A DNA stretch of 64,000 nt from Antedon mediterranea. Taxonomy: Eukaryota > Animalia > Echinodermata. The number at the start of each line of letters is the position of its first letter. Position 1 is the first letter of the stretch. Of this stretch, positions 63,994 through 64,000 are shown piece after piece. A model generated the notes under the pieces. It saw nothing but the letters and a program-made list of their open reading frames with translations, searched no databases and was not told the origin of the DNA. A program made the translations under genes and the position numbers. The stretch lies in the NCBI RefSeq assembly GCF_964355755.1, contig NC_092680.1, forward strand, positions 8,432,001 through 8,496,000. The letters are read 5' to 3'.

Positions 63994-64000
63994 GTAAGTT

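Overview
This is AT-rich eukaryotic (metazoan) DNA, not prokaryotic, so most short ORFs in the track are spurious or are exon fragments. An invertebrate deuterostome such as an echinoderm is my inference from a Deu/Nin-type SINE, an NXPE gene and the intron style. Four protein-coding genes can be reconstructed by hand. (1) A single-ORF LRR transmembrane receptor without TIR (22716-24737, +). (2) Importin-11/IPO11 (26 coding exons, 29596-46867, +, 966 aa), with a U12-type AT-AC intron and a GC-AG intron. (3) An NXPE-family SGNH/PC-esterase (4 coding exons, 57103-53138, -, 587 aa). (4) The 5' part of a secreted protein with two Kazal domains followed by Skeletor-like DM13 domains (60910 to the window end, +). 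The most striking mobile element is a 2572-bp Transib transposon (1409-3980; RAG1-related superfamily). It has a 5-bp target-site duplication (TSD), a decayed transposase and 39-bp terminal inverted repeats (TIRs) built like a V(D)J 23-RSS: CACAGTG, a 23-bp spacer and a nonamer-like block. It sits inside a small DINE/Helentron-like element whose uninterrupted sister copy is also in the window. Other repeats include a hAT-type element carrying a ~300-bp tandem array, PIF/Harbinger- and Kolobok-like MITEs, tRNA-derived SINEs and LINE remnants. The palindrome TAGGCCTA is strongly over-represented. All calls are by-eye translation and motif recall; no database search was run.
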